DNA of 64,000 nt from Squalus acanthias (Eukaryota): contig JASTWF010000325.1 of assembly GCA_030390025.1 (NCBI GenBank), positions 434,001-498,000 on the forward strand. The letters are read 5' to 3'. A program made the translations under genes and the position numbers. Each line of letters opens with the position of its first letter. Positions within the stretch are counted from its first letter, which is position 1. The notes beneath the pieces are model-generated. The model made no database searches, was not told the origin of the DNA, and saw only the letters and a list, made by a program, of their open reading frames with translations. Below are positions 61,001 through 64,000 of this stretch, piece by piece.

Positions 61001-64000
61001 CACAGTGTGAATGAGACACAGTGATGAAATGGGGCACAGTGTGAATGAGACACAGTGTGAATGAGACACAGTGTGAATGAGACACAGTGTGAATGAGACA
61101 CAGTGTGAATGAGACAAGTGTGAATGGGACACAGCTGAATGAGACACAGGTGAATGGACACAGTGTGAATGAGACACAATGTGAATGAGACACAGGTGAA
61201 TGGGACACATGTAGAATGGACACAGTGTGAATGAGACACAGTGTGAATGTAACACAATGTGAATGGGACACAGTGTGAATGAGACACAGTGTGAATGAGA
61301 CACAATGGTGAATGGGACACAGTGATGAATGAGACACAGTGTGAATGAGACACAGTGTGAATGAGACACAATGGTGAATGAGACACAGTGTGAATGGGAC
61401 ACAGTGTGAATGAGAAACAGTGTGAATGGGACACAATGTGAATGAGACACAATGTGAATGGGACACAGTGTGAATGAGACACAGTGTGAATGAGACACAA
61501 TGTGAATGAGACACAGTGTGAATGAGACACAGTGTGAATGAGACACAGTGTGAATGAGACACAGTGTGAATGGGACACAGTGTGAATGAGACACAGTGTG
61601 AATGGGACACAGTGTGAATGAGACACAATGTGAATGAGACACAGTGTGAATGGGACACAGTGTGAATGAGAAACAGTGTGAATGGGACACAATGTGAATG
61701 AGACACAGTGTGAATGGGACACAGTGTGAATGGGACACAGTGTGAATGAGACACAGTGTGAATGGACACAGTGTGAATGGGACACAGTGTGAATGGGACA
61801 CAGTGTGAATGAGACACAGTGTCACTGGGACACAGTGTGAATGAGACACAGTGTCACTGGGACACAGTGTGAATGGGACACAGTGTGAATGAGACACAGT
61901 GTGAATGGGACACAGTGTGAATGGGACACAGTGTGAATGAGACACAGTGTGAATGGGACACAGTGTGAATGGACACAAGTGTGAATGGACACAGTGTGAA
62001 TGAGACACAGTGTGAATGAGACACAGTGTGAATGCGACACAATGTGAATGGACACAGTGTGAATGAACACAGTGTGAATGAGACACAGTTGTGAATGAGG
62101 ACACAGGTGAATGGACCAGTGGAATGGACACAGATGTGAATGAGACACAGTGTGGAATGGGACACAGTGTGAATGAGACACAATGTGAATGAGACACAGG
62201 TGTGAATGAGACACAGTGTGAATGAGACCACAATGTGAATGAGACACAATGTGAATGGGACACAGTGTGAATGAGACACAATGTGAATGGACACATGTGA
62301 ATGGGACACAAGTGTGAATGAGACACAGTGTGAATGAGACACAGTGTGAATGAGACACAATGTGAATGAGACACAGTGTGAATGGGACCCACAGTGTGAA
62401 TGAGACACCAGTGTGAATGGGACACAGTGTGAATGAGACACAGTGTGAATGAGAGCACAGTGTGAATGGGACACAGTGTGAATGAGACACAGTGTGATGA
62501 GGACACAGTGTGAATGGGACACAGTGTGAATGAGACACAGTGTGAATGAGACACAGTGTGAATGAGACACAGTGTGAATGGACACAATGTGAATGAGACA
62601 CAGTGTGAATGAGACACAGTGTGAATGGACACAGTGTGAATGAGACACAGTGTGAATGAGACACAGTGTGAATGAGACACAGTGTGAATGAGACACAGTG
62701 TGAATGAGACACAGTGTGAATGAGACACAATGTGAATGGGACACAGTGTGAATGAGACACAGTGTGAATGAGACACAGTGTGAATGAGACACAGTGTGAA
62801 TGGGACACAGTGTGATGAGACACAATGTGAAGGGACACAGTGTGAATGAGACACAAGTGAATGGGACACAGTGTGAATGAGACACAGTGTGATGAGACAC
62901 AGTGTGAATGAGACACAGTGTGAATGAGACACAGTGTGAATGGGACACAGTGTGAATGGACACAGTGTGAATGAGGCACAATGTGAATGAGACACAGTGT
63001 GAATGAGACACAGTGTGAATGAGACACAGTGTGAATGAGACACAGTGTGAATGAGACACATTAGTGAATGAGACACAAGTGTGAATTGAGACACAATGTG
63101 AATGGGACACAGTGTGAATGAGACACAGTGTGAATGAGACACAGTGTGAATGAGACACAGTGGAATGAGACACAGTGTGAATGAGACACAGTGTGAATGA
63201 GGACACAGTGTGAATGAGACACAGTGTGAATGAGACACAGTGTGAATGAGACACAGTGTGAATGAGACACAATGTGAATGAGACACAGTGTGAATGGGCA
63301 CAGTGTGAATGAGGACACAGTGTGAATGGGGACACAATGTGAATGAGGACACAGTGTGAAGGGACACAGTGTGAATGAGACACAGTGTGAATGAGACACA
63401 ATGTGAATGAGACACAGTGTGAATGAGACACATGTGAATGAGACACAGTGTGAATGAGACACAGTGTGAATGAGACACAGTGTGAATGAGACACAGTGTG
63501 AATGGGACACAGTGTGAATGAGACACAATGTGAATGGGACACAGTGTGAATGAGGACACAATGTGAATGGGACACAGTGTGAATGAGACACAGTTTGAAT
63601 GAGACACAGTGTGAATGGGACACAGTGTGAATGAGACACAGTGTGAATGAGACACAAGTGAATGGGACACAGTGTGAATGGGACACAGTGTGAATGAGAC
63701 ACAGTGTGAATGAGACACAGTGTGAATGAGACACAGTGTGAATGAGACACAGTGTGAATGAGACACAGTGTGAATGAGACACAGTGTGAATGAGACACAA
63801 TGTGAATGGGACACAGTGTGAATGGGACACAGTGTGAATGGGACACAGTGTGAATGAGACACAGTGTGAATGAGACACAGTGTGAATGAGACACAGTGTG
63901 AATGAGACACAATGTGAATGGGACACAGTGTGAATGAGACACAGTGTGAATGGGACACAATGTGAATGAGACACAGTGTGAATGAGACACAAAGTGAATG
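52090..64000. repeat. 16-bp satellite, block 3 (patchily indel-rich), continues beyond the window
   Basis: Same unit; many 1-bp indels in ~53290-55350, ~58490-59720 and ~60840-63400. Confidence 0.97.

Noticed and set aside
26770..63992. Giant His/Cys-rich ORFs (up to 4368 aa, HCVSFTLCLIHTVSHS repeats)
   Set aside because: The minus strand of the 16-bp unit has no stop in any frame, so all three frames are open; no unique coding content.

Overview
Repeat-dominated vertebrate genomic DNA. The CR1-LINE ORF2 sequences and their HER1/HE1-type 3' tails point to a cartilaginous fish (inference). Roughly 80% of the window is tandem repeat, including a 16-bp satellite from ~26.8 kb to the window end. 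Main unique content: (1) a 5-coding-exon Spi-C-like ETS transcription factor gene on the minus strand (11461-23080, ~242 aa, reconstructed by hand with consistent splice phases); (2) a complete 4,063-bp PIF/Harbinger DNA transposon (5835-9897) with 12-bp TIRs, a TTA duplication and a 17-bp palindromic target, carrying an intact spliced Myb/SANT-like gene and a frameshifted DDE transposase; (3) a probable first coding exon of a divergent plus-strand gene (25467-25558) resembling a mitochondrial presequence; (4) four CR1 LINE copies, two of them uninterrupted and inserted in the satellite. Several minisatellites begin exactly at functional landmarks (a LINE stop codon, the ETS gene stop codon, splice donors). 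The giant His/Cys-rich ORFs in the ORF track are satellite artefacts. No prokaryote-type system (CRISPR etc.) is present.
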